A DNA stretch of 64,000 bases, from IMG/VR virus record IMGVR_UViG_3300027541_000009, positions 62,001 to 126,000 of that record. One strand, written 5' to 3'. Positions 48,832 to 55,548 of this stretch are shown piece after piece (the first letter of the stretch is position 1; each line of letters begins with the position of its first letter). The notes beneath the pieces were generated by a model. That model made no database searches. It saw only the letters and a program-made list of their open reading frames with translations, and had not been told where the DNA came from. A program made the translations under genes and the position numbers.

Positions 48832-50034
48832 ATGCAGTTTCAAGAAGAAATCCTTGATGAAAGGACTTTGATGGTAGGGAAAAAAGTTAGACCTTCCGGA
48901 ACTATGAATATGCGTGGATCAGAAGGTGCCGCGAGAAAAGATGTTTCTCGTGCGGGGTTTAGGAAAAAAGGTCCCATTCAAGATCCAAAAGTAGAAAAGA
49001 GTGGAAAAGATGTTCCTGTTTGGGTAAGAACTCATAAGTCTCCTGGAGATTATGCTGCTCATACTGCAAGAAAGCAACATAGAGAGGGTGATAAGCCACA
49101 GAGTAAAGAATTAAAAAAACAGTTTGGTAAAACTGGTGCTAAGAAAGATTCTCCAGTTCATGATATCACTGTTGGTTCTCCAAAATCTAAAGTAAAAGAT
49201 CCCGGACAAAGAGCAAGACAATTTGTTGGTGCTCTCAAAGGCGTAAAAGATACTATGAAGTCAAAGAAAGGAGTTGCTACAAATACTCCTACTGCTATTG
49301 ATTCTGCTAAGTCTAAGGGTAAAAAGAGTAGAAGTGGTGAGGAAGGTGCAGAACAAAGAGGTAGAATTTATAAGAAACTAGGAATGGGAGAAAGAAATCC
49401 CAAGACTGGTGTTCAGATGGCGAAGTTGAGTGATTCCTTTAATGGAAAAACTTTTAGTGAGTTTATATATGAGTGTTATATTATTTTAGAAGCAAGAAAA
49501 TATACTAGAATCCGTTCTAGAGAAGATGCTGAGAAAATTCGACAATCACAAGAAAATCCAAATGCTTATAGATTAAAAAATAGACAAACTGCAGAAACTC
49601 CATATTGGGGACTAGAATCCAAAGAAAAAAGAAAAGACCAAGATGAAAGGAGAAAAGAAAATCTAAAAGCGATTAGTCATAAAGAGTTGGAAGATCATTG
49701 TAAAAGAAATTTGCATCCGGGTGATTGTAAAAAAAATGCGAATAGAGCATTAAGAATTGAAAGGGGAAGGAAAAAGTCTCAAAGAGATGAGGCAAAAAGT
49801 AAGTCTCAGGAAACAGGGCAAAAGCATGATGTAGATCATATTCAAGCACAACCAAATAGAAGAAGTGAAACAACAAAATCAAGATTTCAAGCAATTCATC
49901 CGGGTGATTCTTCTGATAATAGGAGAGTAATTCCAAGTAGAGAAAATCGTGAAAAAAATTCTAGTAATACTGAAAAATCAACGACTAGATCTGGTGCTCT
50001 TATGAGAGCCCTTCAAAGAGCTAGACAAAAATAA
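48832..50034 (+). CDS. Basic modular protein with a C-terminal HNH-like nuclease module
   Basis: Internal KTFSEFIYE; HDVDHI...DNRRVI...ENREK HNH-like pattern. Confidence 0.65.
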   Translation: MQFQEEILDERTLMVGKKVRPSGTMNMRGSEGAARKDVSRAGFRKKGPIQDPKVEKSGKDVPVWVRTHKSPGDYAAHTARKQHREGDKPQSKELKKQFGKTGAKKDSPVHDITVGSPKSKVKDPGQRARQFVGALKGVKDTMKSKKGVATNTPTAIDSAKSKGKKSRSGEEGAEQRGRIYKKLGMGERNPKTGVQMAKLSDSFNGKTFSEFIYECYIILEARKYTRIRSREDAEKIRQSQENPNAYRLKNRQTAETPYWGLESKEKRKDQDERRKENLKAISHKELEDHCKRNLHPGDCKKNANRALRIERGRKKSQRDEAKSKSQETGQKHDVDHIQAQPNRRSETTKSRFQAIHPGDSSDNRRVIPSRENREKNSSNTEKSTTRSGALMRALQRARQK

Positions 50035-50040
50035 TAAATA

Positions 50041-50070
50041 GAGGAGAGCGGTTGCTACTCCTCTTTTTTT
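50041..50070 (+). terminator. Intrinsic terminator
   Basis: GAGGAG/CTCCTC stem followed by T7. Confidence 0.7.
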
Positions 50071-50475
50071 ATGTTCAATTTTAACTTCGGAAAGAAGAAA
50101 CCTGATAAGAAGCAGATAATCCTTATAAGCGTCATACTCAGTGGTATCGTAGCAACCCTCTCCCAATGCACAGGAGCGCCTCAGGAGCGCCTCTGGGACC
50201 TTCTAGACGAGGTTCAGAGATCTCTGTTCCCAGGCACCGTAATCAACGATGTGCTGCTTCAGGACCCTGCTGTGGTTGGTAGGAGAGTTGAGCGTGATGT
50301 GGATAAAGCAATTCGTGATTATGAGGACTTGACAAGAGACTCAGATCCACCTAGAGTACCTTTGCCCAGGTTGATTGAGAAAGCTCCAGATAACTCTGAG
50401 GCTCAACGATTACTTGGTGGGGAGATGAGACTATGCGCTCCATGGGTTGACAGTTGCCCCAAAGAACCTATATAA
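50071..50475 (+). CDS. Hypothetical membrane-anchored protein, paralogue of 42981..43454
   Basis: Hydrophobic IILISVILSGIVATLSQC segment; VERDVDKAI. Confidence 0.7.
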   Translation: MFNFNFGKKKPDKKQIILISVILSGIVATLSQCTGAPQERLWDLLDEVQRSLFPGTVINDVLLQDPAVVGRRVERDVDKAIRDYEDLTRDSDPPRVPLPRLIEKAPDNSEAQRLLGGEMRLCAPWVDSCPKEPI

Positions 50476-50485
50476 TAGAAAAGTC

Positions 50486-50567
50486 GGGTAGGTGTCCGAG
50501 TGGTTAATGGAGGCGGACTGTAAATCCGCTGGCTCTGCCTACGGGGGTTCAAATCCCTCCCTGCCCA
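50486..50567 (+). tRNA. trnY: tRNA-Tyr(GUA)
   Basis: GGGTAGG/CCTGCCC acceptor, GCGGA-CTGTAAA-TCCGC anticodon arm, long variable arm. Confidence 0.95.
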
Positions 50568-50570
50568 CCT

Positions 50571-50642
50571 GGTCCCTTCGTCTAGCGGTTAGGACACCAC
50601 CCTTTCACGGTGTAGACACGGGTTCGATTCCCGTAGGGACTA
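50571..50642 (+). tRNA. trnE: tRNA-Glu(UUC)
   Basis: GGTCCCT/AGGGACT acceptor, CTTTCAC loop, GGTTCGATTCC. Confidence 0.92.
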
Positions 50643-50644
50643 TT

Positions 50645-50736
50645 GGAAGTGTGGCAGAGAGGTCTAATGCAGTGGATTGCTAATCCGCCGATGTACCTAA
50701 GTGCATCCGTTGGTTCGAATCCAACCACTTCCGCCA
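50645..50736 (+). tRNA. trnS: tRNA-Ser(GCU), CCA encoded
   Basis: GGAAGTG/CACTTCC acceptor, TTGCTAA loop, long variable arm. Confidence 0.95.
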
Positions 50737-50808
50737 GGGAGATTAGCTCAGTGGTAGAGCAATGTGCTGATAACGCAGAGGTCGGTGGTTCAAATCCACC
50801 ATTTCCCA
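50737..50808 (+). tRNA. trnI: tRNA-Ile(GAU)
   Basis: GGGAGAT/ATTTCCC acceptor, CTGATAA loop. Confidence 0.93.
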
Positions 50809-50809
50809 C

Positions 50810-50838
50810 TTGACCAGTTTCCAAACAACTGGTACAAT
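50810..50838 (+). promoter_or_regulatory. Sigma70-like promoter with a palindromic spacer
   Basis: TTGACC-17 nt-TACAAT; ACCAGTT/AACTGGT inverted repeat. Confidence 0.6.
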
Positions 50839-50843
50839 ATAAG

Positions 50844-50908
50844 AGTTGAGAAATCAACTGCGGCATTCCCCTTCGGTAGGTTCAGGAATGGCGGCGATAG
50901 GAACCTAC
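50844..50908 (+). ncRNA. Candidate pseudoknotted RNA before tRNA-Arg
   Basis: AGTTGA-GAAA-TCAACT hairpin, then crossing stems CATTCC/GGAATG and GTAGGTTC/GAACCTAC. Confidence 0.6.
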
Positions 50909-50913
50909 TTTAT

Positions 50914-50986
50914 GGGCACATAGCATAATGGATAATGCAACATCCTTCTAAGATGACGATTGGGGGTTCGAGTCCCTCTGTGCCTG
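50914..50986 (+). tRNA. trnR: tRNA-Arg(UCU)
   Basis: GGGCACA/TGTGCCT acceptor, CTTCTAA loop. Confidence 0.92.
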
Positions 50987-51069
50987 TTGGAGTTTATCTC
51001 CATACATAAAAGTGATAGAGGGTAAGCCTCTGTTATATCCTTATGAGGTATATTACGCTTACTCCATCT

Positions 51070-51152
51070 GCTTCAGTGGTGGAACGGTAGACACAGCGGA
51101 CTTAGAATCCGCCGCCTTAAAAAGCGTGGAAGTTCAAATCTTCTCTGGAGCA
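51070..51152 (+). tRNA. trnL: tRNA-Leu(UAG)
   Basis: GCTTCAG/CTGGAGC acceptor, GCGGA-CTTAGAA-TCCGC, long variable arm. Confidence 0.93.
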
Positions 51153-51153
51153 C

Positions 51154-51182
51154 TTGACAATCAAACTTAAATAGTTTATGAT
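51154..51182 (+). promoter_or_regulatory. Sigma70-like promoter embedded in an inverted repeat
   Basis: TTGACA-17 nt-TATGAT; GACAATC/GATTGTC. Confidence 0.6.
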
Positions 51183-51191
51183 TGTCTCATT

Positions 51192-51263
51192 GCGAAAGTA
51201 ACTCAACGGTAGAGTCCCTGCCTTCCAAGCAGGTTGTTGCGAGTTCGAATCTCGTCTTTCGCT
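51192..51263 (+). tRNA. trnG: tRNA-Gly(UCC)
   Basis: GCGAAAG/CTTTCGC acceptor, CCTGC-CTTCCAA-GCAGG. Confidence 0.95.
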
Positions 51264-51300
51264 CTTGGTAGTCGTTATGCAGATAGCATAGAAAGACGCC

Positions 51301-51375
51301 AAAGGAAGTTAAGTCAAAGAATCGAGACAAGCAGACAATGCCCTTTGAACTGGTGTAAGTCCAGTAACTTCCTTT
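51301..51375 (+). ncRNA. tRNA-like structured RNA of unknown type
   Basis: 10 bp AAAGGAAGTT/AACTTCCTTT stem stacked on a T-arm-like ACTGG-TGTAAGT-CCAGT; CAAAG/CTTTG inner stem. Confidence 0.55.
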
Positions 51376-51377
51376 AT

Positions 51378-51450
51378 TCCCATCGACCGAGCAAGCGAAC
51401 GGGCCTGACTGTTAATCAGAGATTGGTAGGGGCAGTACCTACGATGGGAG
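51378..51450 (+). tRNA. trnN: tRNA-Asn(GUU), non-canonical D and T loops
   Basis: TCCCATC/GATGGGA acceptor, CTGTTAA loop, T loop GGCAGTA. Confidence 0.85.
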
Positions 51451-51453
51451 CTT

Positions 51454-51525
51454 GCCCGAATAGCTCAAAGGCAGAGCGTTTCGTTTACACCGAAAATGTT
51501 GGGGGTTCAAGTCCCTCTTCGGGCA
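51454..51525 (+). tRNA. trnV: tRNA-Val(UAC)
   Basis: GCCCGAA/TTCGGGC acceptor, TTTCG-TTTACAC-CGAAA. Confidence 0.94.
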
Positions 51526-51549
51526 CTTTACTAAAACGAATACTTGTGT

Positions 51550-51557
51550 TATAAATA
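51550..51557 (+). promoter_or_regulatory. T4-type late promoter in the loop of an RBS-occluding hairpin
   Basis: TATAAATA between CGAATAC (51537-43) and GTATTCG (51565-71). Confidence 0.75.
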
Positions 51558-51579
51558 ATAAAAGGTATTCGGTTCTATT

Positions 51580-52116
51580 ATGACTACTTGTTTAAACTGC
51601 GGGTGTGAGAACGATAAACCTAAGTTCTGCTCCCGTTCGTGTTCTGTAACCTATAATAATAAGAAGTCTCCTAAGAGGAAAAGAACTGGTTGGGACACCG
51701 CCATCTGTAATTACTGCAGTGTAGAGTTTGACTATAAGAAAAAGAGTTCTACTGGCAAGTTCTGTTCTAACAAGTGTAGTGCTGCAGCCAAGAGACAATG
51801 GACAATAGATAAGTGGAAAGTAGGAGAACTGAACCATACAGGGCAGGGTTATGTTCCCAGCGGTGTTCGTGCTTACTTATTAGAAGCGAGTGGGGGTAAG
51901 TGTTCCCTTTGTGGTTGGTCTGGAACAAACATTCATACCGGACGAACCTGCCTTGAGGTGGACCACATAGACGACGACCCTTTCAACCACGCCCCTGAAA
52001 ATCTACAAGTGGTCTGTCCCAACTGCCACGCACAAAAAACTTTACCACCCCAAAAGAGTAACGGTGGACGTTACAGTAAGGACAAGCAACATCCTAAGTT
52101 TTGTATGAATAAGTAA
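51580..52116 (+). mobile_element. Free-standing HNH homing endonuclease within the tRNA array
   Basis: N-terminal CxxC/FCSxxC zinc repeats; CSLCG...LEVDHIDDD...NLQVVCPNCH. Confidence 0.9.
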
Positions 52117-52122
52117 AAAAAT

Positions 52123-52139
52123 GAATCCCTCTGCTCCCA
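52123..52139 (+). pseudogene. Possible orphan 3' fragment of a tRNA gene
   Basis: GAATCCCTCTGCTCCCA resembles a T-arm 3' half, acceptor strand and discriminator, with no matching 5' half. Confidence 0.4.
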
Positions 52140-52167
52140 TTTGCATAAATATTTCAAAAAGAGTATA

Positions 52168-52602
52168 ATGGAAAAACTTTATAAACTCTTGAGTGATGCA
52201 CAGTCATCGCTTTTTGTTTTATTCCATAAAACTTGGGCATTTCACTGGAATGTTGTAGGTGAAGATTTCACTCAACTACATCAACTCTTTGGTGGTCAGT
52301 ATGAGACTATGTTTGAAGAGATTGATCGTCTCTCAGAACATATGCGTTATCTGAATGTAAAACCTCTCAGTTCTCTCTCAAGAATGCTTGAGGTAACTCA
52401 AATCAAAGAGGCAGCAAGTTCAACCGGAGCAAAAGAAATGCTTCAAGAACTTCTTGATAACAATACCAAGTTTTGTGAATTGATGGGAGAAATTTCGGAA
52501 GAGTCTGAAAATCAAAAGTCATATGCTACAGCAAATTTAGTTCAAGATTTGATGGAATCTCATGGTAAGTTTGTTTGGCAGTTGAGAGCACACCTGCAAT
52601 GA
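52168..52602 (+). CDS. dps: Dps / ferritin-like DNA protection protein
   Basis: HWNVVG...LHQLF...YE...IDRLSEH ferroxidase pattern; start set at ATG 52168. Confidence 0.9.
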   Translation: MEKLYKLLSDAQSSLFVLFHKTWAFHWNVVGEDFTQLHQLFGGQYETMFEEIDRLSEHMRYLNVKPLSSLSRMLEVTQIKEAASSTGAKEMLQELLDNNTKFCELMGEISEESENQKSYATANLVQDLMESHGKFVWQLRAHLQ

Positions 52603-52617
52603 TTAGGATGAAGAATA

Positions 52618-52869
52618 ATGATTTCAATAAGATGCAAAGATTGTAATAGAGAAATAACAGGACATCATTCAAAAACAGTGACCTGTGGTTGTCCTAATAT
52701 GGCAACAATTCGTGGAGATAAGATTTCAGCACTTGACTTATCTCGTATTGTTATGTTAAACTCTATTCAGAAAGAACAAAAATCAAATGTTCTGACTTCA
52801 CAAGATATTGCCTGGCAAGAGGCAAGACGCCAACGCAAAGTAAAGCGTTTGGATTTTGAGGTTCGTTGA
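52618..52869 (+). CDS. Small Cys-rich (zinc-binding) hypothetical protein
   Basis: CKDC...CGCPN. Confidence 0.7.
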   Translation: MISIRCKDCNREITGHHSKTVTCGCPNMATIRGDKISALDLSRIVMLNSIQKEQKSNVLTSQDIAWQEARRQRKVKRLDFEVR

Positions 52870-52879
52870 ACCTCCCACT

Positions 52880-52964
52880 GGAAAGGTGGTCGAGTGGTTG
52901 AAGGCTCTAGTCTTGAAAACTAGCGATGTGAAAGCATCCGTGGGTTCGAATCCCACCCTTTCCG
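52880..52964 (+). tRNA. trnS: tRNA-Ser(UGA)
   Basis: GGAAAGG/CCTTTCC acceptor, CTAGT-CTTGAAA-ACTAG, long variable arm. Confidence 0.95.
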
Positions 52965-53079
52965 TTTTAAGTTAAGTTACAAATTTAATATTTTCTTCAA
53001 CAGTGTTACGATATGAACACAAAAAATTGACTTTGAAATGTCTGTGATTAGTATATAATAGTATCACAGGGACAAACCT

Positions 53080-53229
53080 ATGGATCAGCACACCTATGAT
53101 AATTGGGTGAAGATCAAGGCAACTTTTGAAGCCTCTGGCAACACTAATAATATGTTTTATTATCGAGCATGTGAGATTTTAAAAACCCGAAAAGATCCTC
53201 TCGCAAAGTTTCTTGGAGACGAGAAATGA
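53080..53229 (+). CDS. 49 aa hypothetical protein (MDQHTYDNWVKIK...), absent from the ORF track
   Basis: Translated by hand; ATGA overlap with the next gene. Confidence 0.65.
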   Translation: MDQHTYDNWVKIKATFEASGNTNNMFYYRACEILKTRKDPLAKFLGDEK

Positions 53230-53429
53230 TGCACGAACAAGACGAATTTATTACACGTTCTGAAGTTCAGGAGATGATCGATGCAGCAATACGACGACAC
53301 AACCGTAATGCTTCTATCATTAGTATGTGCGTCGGTTGGGTGGTTCTTGCTTTATTTGCTGAAGGACTTTTGAGACTTGTAGGGGTAATTCCTCCGTTGC
53401 TTCCATGGCTCAAAATCACTCTGAACTGA
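53226..53429 (+). CDS. Small membrane protein
   Basis: IDAAIRRHNRNASIISM followed by a hydrophobic helix. Confidence 0.7.
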   Translation: MMHEQDEFITRSEVQEMIDAAIRRHNRNASIISMCVGWVVLALFAEGLLRLVGVIPPLLPWLKITLN

Positions 53430-53695
53430 TTTTCTTGGTTCCTTGGTTTGTTCTTGTGGTGATTGCACTTACAATGTTCGTGCAGGGTTGGATGATTATG
53501 AATGCTCATCATGGGTATTCTAAAAGTCCAAAAGTAAAACATCCAGAATTAAACGACGTTAAAGCAGGAGATCCTTTACTAGTGGTTAAATTCACCGAAG
53601 AAGACTTGCAAGAACTGCAACAAAGAATTATACAACAAAAAATGGATGAACTCTTTGAAGAACCATCTACCTATGAGGACGAAGAAGATGATTAG
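53405..53695 (+). CDS. Small membrane protein (cyanobacterial DUF2973-like by recollection)
   Basis: N-terminal TM helix, KHPEL...LLVVKF. Confidence 0.6.
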   Translation: MAQNHSELIFLVPWFVLVVIALTMFVQGWMIMNAHHGYSKSPKVKHPELNDVKAGDPLLVVKFTEEDLQELQQRIIQQKMDELFEEPSTYEDEEDD

Positions 53696-53783
53696 GTTAA
53701 TATTCACTTCAATGACTTTGTTTGGTTCAATTGGACTTTTTATATATTGGGGACTTACGCACGCATATCCAGAGGTTTTATGA
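53688..53783 (+). CDS. 31 aa single-TM microprotein, absent from the ORF track
   Basis: MIRLIFTSMTLFGSIGLFIYWGLTHAYPEVL; overlaps both neighbours. Confidence 0.5.
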   Translation: MIRLIFTSMTLFGSIGLFIYWGLTHAYPEVL

Positions 53784-54814
53784 AAGTAGGATTAATCGGT
53801 TTAGGAAGAATGGGCGAAGGTATGTCTCGCCGCATGATGAAATCGGGTATAGAGGTTTGGGGATATAGAAGAAATTATGAGAAAGCAAACGAAGCTTTTG
53901 AAAAGGGATTTGTTAATGGAATTACGACTGATATTGAAAGCCTTGTTAAAGTAGTTAAACAAAATAAAAACGGTAGACAACAACCAGGTATTTTTCAAAT
54001 GGTTGTTCCATCCGAAACAGTAGAGGAAACGATCAATGAGTTACTACGATATTGTGGTGAAGGAGATATTATTATTGATCATGGCAATAGCAATTTTAAA
54101 GACAGTCGGAAAAGAGCAGAGCGTCTGGCAAAACTTGGTATCCAATATATTGATTGTGGTACTAGCGGCGGTGTTTATGGTTTGGATCGTGGATACTGTC
54201 TTATGGTTGGTGGCGGAAATACTGCGGTCGCCACTTGTGCGAGGATTTTTGATGCCCTTGCCCCAGGAATCAACGCTGCCCCCAGGACTCAGTATGACTC
54301 GGATGTAACTTCTGCTGAGTTTGGTTGGTTACATTGTGGTGGTCCTGGTGCTGGACATTTTGTGAAGATGGTTCACAATGGAATTGAATATGGAATGATG
54401 CAGGCATATGCTGAAGGATTTAATATCTTAAAGAACGCAAATAACGGAGCACAGTATGTCAAAGAAGGAGATGCTGAAGTTGCTCCTATGGCAGACCCAG
54501 AAAGTTATTGTTACGACATTGATGTTGCTGAGGTGGCTGAGTTATGGCGTCGCGGTAGCGTGGTTGGTAGTTGGTTACTCGATCTTACTGCTGATGTGCT
54601 ACGCAGGGATGGTAGCCTTAAACGCTTCTCTGGAGGAGTATCCGATAGCGGTGAGGGTCGTTGGACTGTTTCTGCCGCTGTGGACTTGGGGGTTCCCGCT
54701 CCTGTTATTACTACGGCACTATTTGAAAGATTTAACTCACGCAATCTCGGATCATTTGGAGCAAAAATCCTGAACGGAATGCGTTATATGTTTGGTGGTC
54801 ATCATGTTAGGTAA
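53780..54814 (+). CDS. gnd: 6-phosphogluconate dehydrogenase (short form), auxiliary metabolic gene
   Basis: GLIGLGRMG, IIDHGN, DCGTSGG, GHFVKMVHNGIEYG and DSGEGRWT; start set at ATG 53780. Confidence 0.96.
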   Translation: MKVGLIGLGRMGEGMSRRMMKSGIEVWGYRRNYEKANEAFEKGFVNGITTDIESLVKVVKQNKNGRQQPGIFQMVVPSETVEETINELLRYCGEGDIIIDHGNSNFKDSRKRAERLAKLGIQYIDCGTSGGVYGLDRGYCLMVGGGNTAVATCARIFDALAPGINAAPRTQYDSDVTSAEFGWLHCGGPGAGHFVKMVHNGIEYGMMQAYAEGFNILKNANNGAQYVKEGDAEVAPMADPESYCYDIDVAEVAELWRRGSVVGSWLLDLTADVLRRDGSLKRFSGGVSDSGEGRWTVSAAVDLGVPAPVITTALFERFNSRNLGSFGAKILNGMRYMFGGHHVR

Positions 54815-54923
54815 AGCACTTATTTTTGTTGCTATTCCATTTGTATTATCTACACTCTATTTCGGAACAAGAGGCGGATACTATGACTCCAAAGACTATA
54901 AGGGAAATGGAACCGCACATTAG
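54804..54923 (+). CDS. ndhP: NDH-1L complex small subunit NdhP-like protein (39 aa), absent from the ORF track
   Basis: MLGKALIFVAIPFVLSTLYFGTRGGYYDSKDYKGNGTAH: single TM helix plus FGTRxGxYD..xYxGNGxAH tail as in cyanobacterial NdhP. Confidence 0.8.
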   Translation: MLGKALIFVAIPFVLSTLYFGTRGGYYDSKDYKGNGTAH

Positions 54924-55110
54924 GCAGAGATATTGGTTTGCAATGTCTGCCTTTTCAAGAATGTATGGAGTAAAAACTGCTTCTAATGATATACATATTA
55001 AACAGTTCTGTATTGAATGGTCATATTGGGATTGTCAAGCTCCTTTACAGGGGCTTGACGAAGCAGACCAATACATGTATTATGAATACAAGAACTGGAG
55101 AGGAAGATGA
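54907..55110 (+). CDS. Small hypothetical protein
   Basis: MEPHIRQRYWFAMS...; overlaps the ndhP end. Confidence 0.6.
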   Translation: MEPHIRQRYWFAMSAFSRMYGVKTASNDIHIKQFCIEWSYWDCQAPLQGLDEADQYMYYEYKNWRGR

Positions 55111-55223
55111 TTTTCCACTTGGTTGAAACCCTAGCAGCAAGTCCTTTCTTTCTTTTTCTTTGTGGATGTGGGTTGACAATCGTACCATTCGCTGGTATTA
55201 TGTTTATACATAAAAACAAATAA
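55107..55223 (+). CDS. 38 aa hydrophobic microprotein, absent from the ORF track
   Basis: MIFHLVETLAASPFFLFLCGCGLTIVPFAGIMFIHKNK; ATGA overlap. Confidence 0.5.
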   Translation: MIFHLVETLAASPFFLFLCGCGLTIVPFAGIMFIHKNK

Positions 55224-55224
55224 C

Positions 55225-55298
55225 CGGATATCGCCTAACTTGGTCATGGCACCTGCTTTGGGAGCAGGAATAATTTCAGTTCAAATCTGAATATCCGG
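55225..55298 (+). tRNA. trnP: tRNA-Pro(UGG)
   Basis: CGGATAT/ATATCCG acceptor, CCTGC-TTTGGGA-GCAGG. Confidence 0.93.
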
Positions 55299-55317
55299 AC
55301 TCATAAAACTTCACTTT

Positions 55318-55548
55318 ATGAAAATGTATCCAGAACTTTCAGATCTCCAAAAGTTTACAGTTCAAGAGTTTCAAGAAGATTTTGACAACCTAATAGAAAG
55401 AGTAGAAAATGGTGAATCATTTGTCATTACTGACGGAGAAAGAAACGCAGTGATAGTTCCATACAACGAAACCATAAAGTTTGCAGTAGAATCTAAAGTG
55501 GACGACGATGTGATACGAATACATACCGACCACGAAGAAGGTTGTTGA
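55318..55548 (+). CDS. Phd/YefM antitoxin-like small protein
   Basis: FTVQEFQEDFDNLIERVENGESFVIT...NAVIVP resembles the Phd/YefM DNA-binding fold. Confidence 0.55.
   Translation: MKMYPELSDLQKFTVQEFQEDFDNLIERVENGESFVITDGERNAVIVPYNETIKFAVESKVDDDVIRIHTDHEEGC

Noticed and set aside
50844-50908. HDV-like/theta ribozyme interpretation of the tRNA-adjacent pseudoknot
   Set aside because: Only one base lies between the second stem's 5' arm and the first stem's 3' arm, leaving no room for P3/L3, and it lies 5' rather than 3' of the adjacent tRNA. Kept only as a simple H-type pseudoknot.
50492-51554. Short ORFs on both strands across the tRNA array
   Set aside because: They overlap well-formed tRNA genes and show no protein motifs.
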